A DNA stretch of 64,000 nucleotides from Chiloscyllium plagiosum (taxonomy: Eukaryota). The first letter of the stretch is position 1. Every line of letters starts with the position of its first letter. A model generated the notes under the pieces. The model did no database searches. It had not been told where the DNA came from and worked only from the letters and a program-made list of their open reading frames with translations. The stretch covers positions 65,105,548-65,169,547 of the forward strand of contig NC_057718.1 of assembly GCF_004010195.1 (NCBI RefSeq), in the 5' to 3' direction. The translations under genes and the position numbers were made by a program. Shown piece after piece: positions 37,985-51,653 of this stretch.

Positions 37985-38800
37985 AGGTGAATGATTGGCA
38001 TTGAAGTCCCCCTCCCAGAGTATATTCTGTGTCTTGGCTATTGTCAGTGTTTCTTCAAAGGAGTACACAGAGGCGAGGAACAATGATTCATCACTTGTAA
38101 AGTAGTAAGGGGTGGAGCAACAGGTGATAAGTCATAATTAGCAGAAAGTTTTCTTATCCTTGTTTGGCCTGATCCATGAGGATTCATGGGGTTCAGATAC
38201 AAAGTGGAGGACTCCCAGTGCAACAGTCTCCTGGCTGTATACCATTGTGCTACCACATCTGTTAGACATACACAAGGATGCTGTGGTCATATCTAGGCCA
38301 TTGTCTGTAAGGTATTATTCTACAAGCATGAATATGACAGCTCTTTCAAATTTGTTACAAGTCCCCAAACATTATTACAGAGGACTTCAGTGTCAATACA
38401 CTTATATGCCGTTATTATTTGCAGTGTTCAAATAATATGCTCCTTCACTTTTATTCCTTTTTGACTTTTCTGCGATGCTCTGATACCAACTACATAGCTC
38501 ACTAGCCAGATTTCAGAGGGCAGTTAAGAGTCAACCACATTAATGTTACCTGTCAGCCTGACCAATTAAGAATGGCAGATACCCTTCCCAAAAAGACATC
38601 TGTGAACCAGATGGATTTTGTGACAATCGAAGCTAGCTTCATATCACTATTACTGACAGCAGCTTTCAATTCTAGAATTCTTTAAATAAATTATTTGAAC
38701 TTATGAGTTACTTGGATGTAAATTTTACTAGCTGCAATAGTAAATATTGAACCCAAGGGTGTGTAAATCACTGGTTCAATGACATTACCACTATACCATC
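37985..38800 (-). mobile_element. 5' end of the CR1/L2-group LINE family: tRNA-like head followed by endonuclease N-terminus
   Basis: Overlaps 23725-23800 (ttgaa.tcccc..cccagagtatatt); GSTMVYSQETVALGV..EPHESSWIR remains; head tggtatagtgg..ggttcaata. Confidence 0.6.
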
Positions 38801-39311
38801 ATCTACCCAGGAATCTTAATAGCTTTAGTCATGTGGACAACTGATGCCATCCTGTCCTCAATGGCAAGCAACTTATAAGTGGCTAGGCATTTTTTTTAAA
38901 AGTGTGCTGAACTTTATTCCTTTTTTTTGGTTAAGGAGACGGTAGTGGTTTATTAAGAGGTGGAAGGGCATAACTTACCAGATCTTCCAGTTGCCAAATG
39001 CCTTACCGCTATTTTGATTGAGGTCAAGGCACAGGTGGCTTCAGTACCCATCTAAAGAAAACAGGTGCTTCACTCAAATATCTACATCAAGGTACCATAA
39101 CATCAGTAGGATCTCAACACAAAATTCCATTGTGAGCAGTGTATGCTAAGCACATGCTGTCTTTGAAACCTTGCACATCAACATCATTACCATTTGTTCT
39201 TAAAGGGGCCACTGTAGACACTCAACCTCTTAAAGTGGTTTCTTCATCCACTGTGGTGCCTGCAACCTTCCTTTGAGACTTCTTCACCCCCTCACATGAA
39301 CTCCTTTAATT

Positions 39312-39770
39312 TATAAGACATAGGAGTAGAAATTAGGCCATTCAGTCCATCGAGTCTGCTACGCTATTCAATTATGGTTGATAAGTTTCTCATCCCCATT
39401 CTCCCAACTTCTCCCTATAACCTTTGATCCCCTTGATATTCAACAATCTATGTATCTCAGTCTTAAATACATTCAATGACCTGGCCTCCACAGCCTTCTG
39501 TAGCAGTGAATTCCACAGCTTCACCATTCTCTAGCTGCAGATGTTTATCCCTTTCTCCATTCTAAAAGGTCTTCCCTTTACTCTGAGGCTGTGCCCTCAG
39601 GTCCTAGTCTCTCCTACCAATGGAAACATCTTTCCAACATCCACTCTGTCCAGTCCATTCAATATTCTGTAAGTTTCAATTAGATTCCCCCTTATCCTTC
39701 TACACTCCATCGAGTAGGGACCCAGAGACCTCAAACATTCCTCATATTCGTCACATTCCTGGAACCATTC
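39312..39770 (-). mobile_element. CR1 3' fragment
   Basis: ataagacataggagtagaaattaggccattc tail; RIRGNLIETYRIL, TRT*GHSLR remains. Confidence 0.85.
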
Positions 39771-41565
39771 TGTTCAATGCTAATGCCACAGGATTTTCAT
39801 TCCTCCCTGCTAAGCAAGCACTGATATCATTGAAATGAATAATTTGTTAGTCCTGAGATCGATTAAATTGGATGGAATGTGAATATGTCCCACCAGTTTT
39901 TTGCATCATGGAATCAGATACACCGTCCAAATTTTCACAAAATCAGGAAGATTCTACATACCTTTAAAAATGGCAGGCAGGGCCCAGATACAGAAATTAT
40001 ATCCAATTTACATCTGAAACCATTTCTACTGGTGGTGGTATAAGCTGGGTATTTTTCACATATTGAGGCATATCATATTTTTGATGGTCCATTTAAAAGT
40101 AATTGAGAATTGAAACAGTCTCCACTTTGGGTATTGCAAAGGCCTTAATCCACAATGTACGCGTCACAAATTGCTTCATTAAGTTTCATAAACTACAATT
40201 ATCCCATCAGGAGATTCCAAGTTCAAAGTTTGATTGACAACTTAAAGACGTTAGTAAAGATTTGGTTCTTTTAACGTACTTAGTGAAATATATGTTTGTT
40301 TTTATAAGAAATTAAGCACTTGAGAAGGTTTAAAAGCTCTGAATGGTTTTTGTGATTTTTTTTCACTACCAAATTATAGGAATGAGAGCTACTTGAGTTT
40401 ATTAAAAACATTTTTTTTAACCTTCTCATGGTGGCTGAGGTCTGCCTATGGGGATACTGAGTGGCTATGGAGATGGCACAGACATTATGAGGAGCATGGG
40501 AGTAGATGGCAACTAAATTGACATGGGGCTAGGAGAGAACATAGGAGTGACAGTTGAGAGGTCATGAGGGGTGAAGATAGTAGGGCCAAGCAACTTCTAA
40601 AGTAATGGTGATAAAATCTAAGATAAATGAGGTGGACCTTCTATTGAACCCTAATCAGCACTCGGTATCTATGCTCCACTTCCAGGATTGGCATGTCTGG
40701 CTCCATTTCAGGCCTCACAAGCCAAGAGTTAAACTTACTCTATTTCAGGATACTTTATACAAGACAGACGTGGTGCGTCAGGAAATACTCGAATACAAGG
40801 TACTGGCCTTGGTGCCCATAATCCAGCCCATAGATATCTAAGCCAGTGAGTGAAAATTACTATTATTTAATCCAGGACAAATGCACATTTGGCTCAGGAT
40901 GCGAACACCAGTTTCATTCAGGACACCAATTTTGTCCTACGGTGTAAACTTCAATGAAGGATTGTTTACTGATCAACAGTATTAATTTAGGTCTGCACAG
41001 AATTAATGGACTGAAAGCTTTTAACACTTCATTCTAAGCAGAACCAGATTTTCGTGAGCCTTTAATCCCACAGTGGCCGCTACAAAGAAACCCATACTAA
41101 TGTTTTACTATTGAGGAAGCATTTCCATTGGATGAAGCCTGCAGCACTCTATCATATAACTCTCATGGACCATTTCTAAAAGCTGCACCTTTTGTTTGTG
41201 AAATGTCCTTGTTTGCTGAGTGAAGTGTACAGCTCAATCTTTCTTAAACAAGAATAAACAGGCTCCTGCTTCAAATGAACTGCACTACTTACTCCTAATC
41301 TTTTGTTATCACTCTCAGATTCAACTATTTCAATGTGCTCTTAGCTGTTCTTCAGCCTTAAAATAAATGTGGATGCATCCAAAGCTCTGACGTGATATCC
41401 TATTTCACATCATTAATCCTCCACTTGGCACCTGGATTCTGCAGTGCCTTAAAATAATATTTTCATCACTGGGTTTAAATCCTTTCATGGCCTTGCCTTT
41501 GCTTTTCCATAATCTTCTTCAAACAAACCTTGTATCTGAGGCTTATAGGAGGCAAATAAATAGAA

Positions 41566-42050
41566 ATCATAAGTCACACAATACCAGTTGAGAGTCCAAC
41601 ATGTTTATTTGAATCATTAGCTTTTGGAGCGTTGTTCCAACATCAGGTGAAGTGAAGGAAAGCACACCATCTTATTTTTGATTTGTTGTAATTATCTCTC
41701 TGCTTTGATTAAGTGAACCATACGTCATCCCTTCACTTGCTATTCAGCTGTTGACATTTTACTCACACCATTTGACACTTTTGATCACCTGCAAAGACTT
41801 GTTATTCAGCCTGTCCACATTCCACTCACATCATTTGTACAATCTTTTGACACTCTAAATTATCTGGAGTTATCTTGCAATTATCTCTCCACCTATAAAT
41901 TCTGTGCCTGTGTATTTCCCTCCACTTCACCTTGAGAAGGAGCAGTGCTCTGAAAGCTTGTGATTTCAAATAAACCTGTTGGACTATAACCTGGTATTGT
42001 GTGACTTCTGACTTTGTCCACCCCAGTCCAACACCAGCACCTCCACATCA
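41566..42050 (+). mobile_element. Fold-back PLE-derived element (second pLTR family) with degenerate hammerheads
   Basis: ~100-bp inverted arms 41567-41668 / 41910-42011; TSD caaataaa(t/c)agaa 41553-41565 and 42051-42063; 39-nt tail. Confidence 0.8.
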
Positions 42051-42909
42051 CAAATAAACAGAAGGAAAACATGAGAAGGCTGCTCAGGTTTGCTAGCCTA
42101 AATGCTCTGACTATATCCTGGAAGTTATGCTGGAAGTAATGAGGACCACAAGTGAGGCCTGTTTCCTCAAAAAGGAAAAGGTCAACCACTCAAAGTTAAA
42201 AGGACTTGGCTGACCTTTGCAGAAGTCATCAATAATAAGGATGAGGTAGCCAGGACCTCACACAAGATTGATATAGAGACATAGTCCACGAGGTATCACA
42301 GGCATCTCCCTCCATTAGAGAATGGCAATTAGTTATATCTAGCTTGAGGGTAACCGCTTCACAAGCATGGGGTAAAGCAAGGAGGCAGATTTTGAAAAAC
42401 GGCCACAGCTAGTACAGTGATTATTTTGCACTGCACTATAGTCATCTAGCCAACTGAACTAACCTCCCCTACCCAGTAAAAAATCTAAAGAATGTTTAAT
42501 GACCCCAGTAGGTCAGGAAGGAACAGTGAATATGACTTTTAGGTGGCATCTGTCACTTTCTGACTTCTCCTGCAACTACTCCTCTGACCAACATGCCTTA
42601 CAGAATCACTCAACTACTCATTCATTTCCCTCCAGGCATCTCCTCACACCCCCATCAATTGCCAACATTCACATTCAACATATCCTATTGCCTTCTTACA
42701 CACACTCTATTGCAGCTAACAAATCTTCCTTCAATCAAAAAACTCTCCATTCCAGGCAACATTTTTACAATTCTAAAATAATGATCTCAGAAGTATTTTA
42801 GAAACATGTGAATAATTAAAAAGAAATAGTGACACTAATTACAGGACTAAAGAAGGAAATTGATAGAGGTACTGAATATGAATAGTCTGGATCTTCCTTT
42901 TAAAAGTTT

Positions 42910-43340
42910 ACAGGATGCCTTGTGCTGGCTGGTACAGAATTTATCATTTATCCCTAACTGCCGTTATGAAAGTGGTGGTGAGCCATATTGTTTAACTCCT
43001 AATGTCTATGCAGTGAAAATATTTCCATACTCGTGTCTTGAAGAGAGTTTCAGGAGTTTAACCTGCAACAGTGAAGGAACATTGGTGATATATTTCCAAG
43101 CCAGGATGATGTTTGAGCTGAAAGGGAACATAATGGCATTCCCTGCTTCTGCTGCTCTTGTCCCTTATGGTCGAAATTGCCAATTGGGAAAGTGCTACCA
43201 AAGAAGCCTTGATGAGTTGCTGCAATGCATTTTATTGGTGTCTTACACCACAGGCATGATCTGTCAATGTTTGATTGAGTACTTAAGTTGGTTGATATGA
43301 TGTCAATCTTGTTGGAGTTGCAGTCAACCAAGGCTAGTGG
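42910..43340 (-). mobile_element. 3' fragment of CR1/L2-group LINE (21300 family)
   Basis: ctggctgg..atttatc..atccctaa..ggtggtgagc; gtgatatatttccaag. Confidence 0.7.
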
Positions 43341-43344
43341 GAAC

Positions 43345-45222
43345 AGTGATCAAACCATGGCTTATGAGGGAACTTAGAGATAGTATTAAATGCAAAGCAG
43401 AGGCATACAAATTGACAAGAGAAAACAAGAGACCTGAGGATTAGGAAGTCAACAAAGGAGGACCAATGGATTAACGAAGAAGGGAAAAATAGACTATCAG
43501 TAAGTTTGCAGGAATCTAAGAGCTGACTGTAAACGTTTCTATAAGTATATAAAGTGAAAAAGATTGATGAAAAGTGATGTAGGTCCCTTATAGTCAGAAA
43601 TAGGGGAATTTATAATGGCAAACAAAGAAATGACTGACAAACTAAATTCATACTTAACTTCTGTCCTCACAAAGGAAAGCATGAATAAGAAATGAGAGGA
43701 TTTAGTGACAAGGCGGAAGTGAATCAATTCTGTATTAGTAAAAAAAGTGTTGGAAAAATTGATGGGCTTGAACGCTGATAAATCCACCAGAGCTGATAAC
43801 CTATATCCCAGAGTTCTTATGGAAGTAATCCCAGAAATAGTGGAAGCAGTTGTGATCATCTTCCAAAATTCTTTTAGATACTAGAACAGTTCTTACAGAC
43901 CAGAGGGTAGTTAATGTAACGGCACTAATTAAAAACGGTGTTGGGAGAAAACTGGGAATTATAGACCAGTGAGTCTGACATTGGAAGTGCAGAAGATGCT
44001 AGAGTGCATTATCAAAGATTTTATCACAGAGCACTTAGAAAACAATAGAAGAATCAAATTAGAGTCAGCATGCTTGACTTATTTACTGGAATTGTTCAAT
44101 GATGTAACTAGTAGAGGTCAAATTGGGGAGACAAATGTGGTTTATTTGGATTTTCAGAAAGCTTTTGACAAAGTCCCACAAAATAGATTAATGTGTAAAA
44201 TTAAAGCACATGTGATTGTATTTAGATGGATAGAAAATTAGTTAGCAGACAGGAAATAAAAAGCAGGAATAAATGGGTCTTTTTATCAACAGCAGGCTGT
44301 GACGATTGCTGTCGGGATTAGTACTAGAACTCCAGATATTTACAATATATATTCATGATTTAGATGAGGGAATTAAGTGAAATATCTCAAAATCTGCAGA
44401 TGAGACAAAATCTGGGTGGAAGGGTGAACTATGAGGAGAATGCAGCAAAGTTGCAATGTGATCGATGCAGGTTGAGAGAGTGATCAAATGAATGACCGTC
44501 ACAGTGAAATGTGGATAAATATGAGGTTATCCACTTTGGTAGCAAAAGTAGGAAGGCAGATTATTATTTGACTGTAAATTGAGAGAGGGGAATGTTCAAT
44601 GAGACCTGCACCAATCACTGAGAGTAAACGTACTATTGCAGCAGACACTAAAGAAGGAAAATTCTATTTTGGCATTCAAAGCCAAGAGGATTGCAGGAAC
44701 CAGGATGTCTCACTGCAATTTATATAGGGCATTAGTGAGACCTGGAATATTGGCCTCCATTGTTGCTAGGACTACTTCCTTAAGAACTCTGGGATATAGG
44801 TTATCAGCTCTGATGGATTTATCAGCCTTCAATCCCCTCAATTTTTCCAACACTGTTTCTTTACTTATACAGAATTGATTCAGTTTTGGTTTCCTTATCT
44901 GAAGAAGGATTTTCTTGCTATCGAGGGTGTGCAGTAAGGGTTTACCAGACTGAATCATGGGACGGCTGACTGATGTACAAGGAGAGATGAAGTTGGTTAG
45001 GATCGTGTTCACTGGAGTTTAGAAGAATGAGGGGGAAATCTCATAGAAACCTATAAAAATCAAACAGGAGAAGACAAGTGTTCCAGATGATGGAGGAATT
45101 CAAAACGCATTGTTTAAGCACGAGGTAAAGTTTTTAAAGTCTGAGACAAGGAGAAATTTCTTCACCAGATAGTGGTGAGCCTGTGGAATTCACTACCACG
45201 GAATGTGGTCGAAGCCAAAACA
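43345..45222 (+). mobile_element. Old CR1 ORF2 fragment (linker-RT-3')
   Basis: ADKSTRADNLYPRVL, NYRPVSLT, VVYLDFQKAFDKVPQNRL motifs. Confidence 0.88.
44753..44882 (-). repeat. Inverted ~130-bp copy of 43720-43847 inserted within the same CR1
   Basis: Reverse complement shares aatcaattctgtat..gagctgataacctatatcccagagttctt with the upstream segment. Confidence 0.85.
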
Positions 45223-45224
45223 TG

Positions 45225-46255
45225 GCAATAAATGAGTGTTATTCTGTCTGGCAATCAGTGATTAGCGATGTGCCTCAGGGATCAGTGTTGGGACCATAAT
45301 TATTCACAAGATATGTAGATGACAAGGAGTTGGAGACCACGTGTAGTGTGTCAAAGTTTGTGGATGACACTAAGAGGGGTGCAGAACAAAGTGTGCAGAG
45401 AACTATGAAACTTTGCAAAGGAACATAGATACATTGAGTGAGTGGGCAAAGGTCTGGCAGATGGAATACAATGTTAATAAATGAGAAGCCATCCATTTTG
45501 GTAGGAGCAATAAAAAAAGGATTTTTACTTGCAGCATGCTGTTATGCAGAGGGACCTGGGTGCTCTTGTGCATGGATCACAGATGATTGGTCTGCAGGCA
45601 CAACAAGTAATTAGGAAGGCAAATAGTCTTTGAGGGATTGAGTTTAAAAGCAAGATGGTTATGTTGCAGCTGTACAAGATGCTGGTGAGGCCATACCTGG
45701 AGTACTGTGCGCAGTTTTGTCTCCTTACTTGAGAAAGGATGTACTGACACTGGAGGAGGCGCAGAAGAAGTTCACTAGGTTGATTCTGGAGTTGAGGGAA
45801 TTGACTTATGAGGAGAGACTGAGTAGACTGGGATTATATTCATTGGAAGTCAGAAGAATGAGGGGGGATCTTATGGAAACATGTAAAATTATGAAGGGAA
45901 TCGATAAGCTAGAAATAGACAGGTTCCCACTGGCAGGTGCAACTAGGACAAGAGGGCATAGCCTCAAGATTAGACGGAGCAGTTTTAGGACTGACTGAGC
46001 AGGAACTTCTTCACCCAGAGGGTTATGAATCGATGGAATTCCTTGCCCAGGGAAGTCATTGACATCTCTTCAGTTAATATTTTTAAAGCTAAGGTAGATT
46101 TGTTTTTGAACAATAAAGGAAATAAGGGGTACGGTGAGAGCATGGGTAAGTGTAGCTGAGTCCATGAAAAGGTCAGCCATGATGATATTGAATGGCGGAA
46201 CAGGTGTGAAGGGCCAGATGGCCTACTCCTGTTCTTAGTTCTTATGTCTTATGTA
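45225..46255 (+). mobile_element. CR1 3' half (separate copy)
   Basis: [36 protein letters not shown], tail ttcttatgtcttatgt. Confidence 0.9.
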
Positions 46256-48533
46256 TGTAAATGGCCTACTCCTGCTCCTATCTGTTACATTGTTCACTCA
46301 TTTCCCAAATGTCCTGTAGAGGGTGCTCTGTTTCCATCTTAACCTTCCTGCAATATAGAATACAAAATAAAAAATCAACTAAAATAACAGGTAAGGGCAA
46401 GTCGGTGGCATTATGAAGCACACCTTTTGAAGTTATTTCTGTTATCATTGTAACCATATTTAAATATTTCCCCTCAGCTTTTTAGAAAGCATTATTGGTT
46501 CCAAATGTGTTTGCCATGCTCCATCTCGAACTCCCTGTTTGAATGTCAAATCTGCCTCAATGCTAAACATACCCTTATGGAAGTCACAAAGTACATCCTA
46601 TATTACTGTGACAAGGGTACACTCTCCATTTCAACATTCTCGAGCTGACTGCCATTTGGCAGAATTGACCTCATCTTCTCTCCCACTACCTTTTAGTTGT
46701 CTGGGAGTAAACCTGCTTGACTCTATTCTTATTTATTCATCCTCACCATAGGACCACTTTCAATGGCTTCTCCTCTCCTACTCCATTTTCTCTGATGCCT
46801 CCCAATGATCTATTCCTCATCTACATTCTGCTCCACAGACACATCATCTGATAAACTGCATTAGTTTTCACAGGAATGCTAACATTCAGCTCATTCTCAC
46901 ACTTTTTTTCTCATTATAGGGGAAAACAGTCCACAATGAGGTAGAGAGAGTGAGCCTGTACAGGTGGAGGAGTGCCAAACATCTGTGTCCTCGCTCCCTA
47001 CAAAAGGGGATGAACAGGACTGCTCTTAGATGGATGCCAAAGCATCCATGGCCCACTCTTCATTCTGCAGCAACTCTCATTTTGTGAATGACAGTGGTGT
47101 TAATCACTGCACGCCATTTCTAACTACTGACTGTCACTGTCTCTCTCTTCTCTCTTATGCATTCCACTAAGCCTCCCAACAATCTTTGTGCTCAGTTCGT
47201 CCAGAAGTGCCCTTACAAGAATAAGAGTACTGAAGCTTGAGAGGAATCATCAAATAAACTGCCTCCTGTACCCTCAACCAATCCGGGAGAAACCGTAGAC
47301 AGGGAGTGTGGGTACACAAGCTGGTCAGAGGCAGCTCTATATCTAGCCAAAGAAGAAATATTCAAGTGACTGGCACTCAGAGGACAGCCGGAGACTAGGC
47401 ACCGGCTCAACCCCAGGCAGGACAGGATCCTTTGGTGTCAGCAATTAGGGGCTTCATCCTCATGCACAAGGTGGAGCAGCAATGGCAGACAGGTGTGTGG
47501 GACACAATGGCTCTCATTACCCAGAAGCTGCAGCATTGCAATAACCATCTGTCCTCCTTAATGGACAGATTGGCAGCTGCCATGGAGAACAGATCCAGCA
47601 TCATCAGGGTCTGCTGAGAGGCACAGACACCTGCATTCCATTGCCCCAGCCATTAGTCCCCAGGACTGAAGGCATGGCAAAGCAAGGGCAAGCGGAGAGT
47701 GGGTGGAGGGATATCTCTGATTGCAGGCTGGTTCTGATAACCCCTCCTCAAAAGGAGAGACGGTGGTACCGAGAGTCATCCAGCTAGCGATGGAACCACA
47801 CAGGCCTCTCTGCATTTTCCACTCAGGAACTGCAAGAGATGGCTGGATCCTCCATCTCTACCCTCCCAGCCTCCTCCAACCCTTGGAAGCTCAAGGTGAG
47901 GAGGTCAACTTTGCCTCTGGCAAAAACATCCTTGACATGTCTGACAGTCTCATCACTCCACTCCTAGGTCACCCCACCAAATAGGCTCCATTCCACCCTG
48001 ATTATGGAATTCCATCAAGGACTACACTGGGATGTTGGAGAGTGTATAGAGGGCACTTTGGTGGCATAGATGAAAAAGACTTGTTTGTCACTTAGTTTCT
48101 GCATAAATGCTCCTGATGTTAACTTAAGGGACACAAGTGAGTCTCTCTGTGTTAGCTCTAAACATATCTTCACATCATCTGGCATCACTTTGTGACTGTA
48201 AACAAGGCTCCATGGTTGGAGGTCTGTGCTGAGAACCTACTGCACAATCTGGAAGCTGGGGAAACAGAGGCAATCTTTGTCCCTCCTCATTCAACATCCT
48301 TCACATTTGGCTCCATCTATGCACAAAGATGTAGCTATCAAAGCATTGTCCAGCAGTGGCTATGTCAAGGAGATACAACAGACAGAGGGTGTCAATGCTG
48401 TGGGTTGACCAGGGAGTAGGCAGCTTATATGCCTATGAGCTGTAACCAATGTTCTTTCCCTTTTAAAAGCCCTACACTCAGTGTTTGCTGCGGCCTCCTC
48501 CCTTACAGGTCAAGTGGGACATAAGCTGACCAT

Positions 48534-48850
48534 GGGGCGGCACGGTGGCTCAGTGGTTAGCACTTCTGCCTCACAGCAGCAGGGTCCCAAGTTCAATTCC
48601 AGCCTTGGGTGACTGTCTGTGTGGAGTTTGCACATTCTCCCCGTGTCTGCGTGGGCTTCCTCCGCATGCTCCATTTCCTCCCAAAATCCAAAGATGTGCA
48701 GGTCAGGTGAATTGGCCGTGCTAAATTGCCCATAGTGTTAGGTGCATTAATCAGAGGGAAATCGGTCTGGGTGGGTTGCTCTTTGGAGGGTCGATGTGGA
48801 CTGGTTGGGCCAAAGGGTCTGTTTCCACACTGTAGGGAATCTAATCTAAT
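48534..48850 (+). mobile_element. HE1-type SINE
   Basis: ggggcggcacggtggctcagtggttagcac head, gttcaattcc B box, (tctaa)n tail. Confidence 0.92.
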
Positions 48851-49039
48851 GACATCTCTGGTCATTTACTGGAGTTTAGAATGATGAGGGGGAGTCTCAT
48901 AGAAACGTAGATCCTAAGAGGACTAAGCAGACGAAAAACAAGAAGGATGTTCCCAATGACTGGGGATTCACATTCTAAGGATGTACATTAAGCCATATCG
49001 AACTGAAATAAAGAGAGTGTAAACTTCCCAGTTAAAGAT

Positions 49040-50250
49040 TCCCAGCAAACTACCCAACTTTCACCATACAACCTTGTCAAGGTAGACGGTGCAAGATGTG
49101 TCAGAGTGTCGACACAGATACCACCATTACACGTGGGGATATCACCCACCATGTACACAGCAGGTACCCATGTGACTCAGCCACCATTGTCTACCTCATA
49201 CGCTGCAGACAAGGATGCCCTGAGGCATGGTACATTGGCGAGACCGAGCAGAAGCTACGGCAACGGATGAATGGACACCGTACAACAATCAACAGACAGG
49301 AGTGTTCCCTCCCAGTCAGAGAACACTTCAGTGGCCCAGGACATTCGACCTCGGACCTTCGGGTGACCATCCTCCAAGGTGGACTTTGGGGCAGGCAACA
49401 ATGCAGAATGGCTGAGTAGAGGCTGATAGCCAAGTTCAGTACCCATGGGGATGACCTCAGCTGGGACCTTGAGTTCATGTCACACTACAGGTGACTCCAC
49501 TGCACTATACAAACACACAGATACTCCAACAGACACACATACACTCCTGTACGCACACACACACACATTCCTACAGACCCATACAATCATGCAGACCCTC
49601 TCTCATACACAAGCGCTCTCTCATACACACACACATACACCCCCTGACTCACACGCACCCTCTCACAGACTTATACCCCTTTACACTCACACTCACACAC
49701 ATACACATCCACAAACTCTCTCACAGATACTCATTTCCCCTGCACACACAGACCCACATGCACCACTCACACATACACATTTAAGTTTGTGGGGTGAATT
49801 TGTCCTTGCAGAATTACATTTTATTTTGCTCAAAAACTGCATGAATCCATGTAAGATTCTGTAAATCCGTTATTTAGATAGAATCAGTCTGACATTGGGG
49901 CACAGACAGCCTCACACAGAGCACCTCACACCTTTAATGCATTATCTGGGCCGACATGGCATCTATTGTTAAAGTTCATTTGAGAATGTAACTTTAAAAA
50001 AGTTCTGTAACTTACATATGGAAAAACTGAAACCAACACGGTCATTCTAAAAGATGAGAGACTTAACAAACAATCCAGGTCTTTATCAATATATAGTTTC
50101 AGTTACATCACACTGTAAACTTTTGCTATAAATTCTGTGTCTTACGATCTTATATTCCACAACCACCTGCTGAAGGAGCAGCGCTCCAAAAGCTAGTGCT
50201 TCCAAATGAACCTGTTGGACTCTAACCTGTTGTTGTGTGATTTTTAACTT
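49040..50250 (+). mobile_element. Neptune-type PLE 3' part: GIY-YIG, CA-rich 3'UTR, pLTR with mutated hammerhead (50164-50198)
   Basis: CQGRRCKMC..CDSATIVYLIRCRQGCPEAWYIGETEQKLRQRMNGHR; cac-ctgctga-a-ggag-cagcg-ctcc-aaaagcta-gtg. Confidence 0.9.
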
Positions 50251-50750
50251 GGTGCACCATTCATGCAGGTGGGTTCGACCTCTGCAGGAACTGAACGCAC
50301 AACCGCACTAAGTGGCACTTTATAGTCTAAAATTTTGCCTCGTTTCCAGTATCACGCTATCAATTCCCTGAATAAGCGCTTACAGTACATGATAAAGAAA
50401 CAATGACCATGCAGCAACTCATTATTACAAACGATTGCTGAGGGGGAGAAACATAGTTTGATTCGCCAGCAGAAGATCACACATATTAGCAACATAGTTA
50501 CAAACCAATGGTTTAATCATTATGAACTAAAACTTGAATCGACTGTCTAATTGGGAACAGTTTATCCCCAGAATTGAAAACACACATTTAGATCTGATGA
50601 GCTCAGTATTATTGAAGAAATAAACAAGTATTTCTTGAAATCTTCCTGTTATAATTTCAGCATTTATTATTGAAGAAGACAGCTTCCTAACTACCAATAA
50701 TTCCAATAACGTCAGAACTCCTAAGAGGTTACATTCAACATTAAACAGGA

Positions 50751-50853
50751 ACTCTCCCACTCTTCACAGATGCTGCTAGAGCTGCTAAGCTTTTCTGACA
50801 TTTTCTGTTTTTGTTTCAGATTTCCAGCATCCGAACTATTTTTGCTTTTATTT
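50751..50853 (+). mobile_element. PLE pLTR 3' fragment (6105 family)
   Basis: tcttcacagatgctgctagagctgctaagcttttc..tttctgtttttgtttcagatttccagcatc. Confidence 0.65.
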
Positions 50854-51119
50854 CGTGTTGTATGACAAAGTATTTACTTCAGATACAAACTTAGCCAAAA
50901 CATTATAACTGTTGCAACCTTGAGTCTACATTTATGTGATGCATGCTTGATTGAATTGGACAGTGTAGAAACATCTGGAGAGTCTCGATCGCTACCAGTG
51001 TGCTTATCTATTGGATCAATGCTCTTTTTAATTCACCTCAAAACTTTTCAAAAATGTTTTCATTTAAATGTAGTAAATCTTCATTTTTAGCACAAAGAAT
51101 AACTTTTGACTAAAGTTCA

Positions 51120-51578
51120 TTAAGTTCACTAGGATGATGCCCGATATGGAGGGATTGTTTAATGAGCAAAGGCTAAATCGGTTGGGCCTCTACTCACTGG
51201 AGTGTAGAAACACGAGAGTTGATCTCATTGAAACATATAGAATTCTTAAAGGACTTGACAGTAATTGCTGAGAGGATGTTCCCCCTCAAGGGAGAGTCTA
51301 GGTCGAGACAGCATAGTCTCAAAATAAAGGGACACCAATTTAAAATGCAGCTGTGAAGAAAATTCTTCTCTGAGAGTTGTAAATCTTTGGAAATTCTTGC
51401 CACAGAGAGCTGTGTGGGCAGAGATAGATAGGTTCTTGATTAGTCGGAAAATCAAGGGCTATGGGAAAAGGACAAGTGGACATGAGGAGTTTTGGATCAG
51501 CCATGATCCTATTAAATGACAGAGGTGGCTCGTGGGGCTGAACAGCCTACTTCTGTTTCTATTTCTTACTGTCTTGAG
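51120..51578 (+). mobile_element. CR1 3' fragment
   Basis: RLNRLGLYSLE, DLIETYRILKGLD, 3'UTR agccatgatcctattaaatg. Confidence 0.85.
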
Positions 51579-51653
51579 TTATATCAAATCATTTTCCCTT
51601 CTATTTTGGCACACTTAACCATTTCCACCTCTCTCTAGTCATTCTCATTAAGG

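Noticed and set aside
46900..48530. Possible PIF/Harbinger remnant (also 24060-24600)
   Set aside because: Only faint motif resemblance; no TIR or convincing DDE motifs
49445..49864. His/Thr-rich ORFs
   Set aside because: Translation of the degenerate (CA)n tract in the PLE 3'UTR
50591..50615. ctgatga motif as another hammerhead
   Set aside because: No stem II hairpin followed by GAAA
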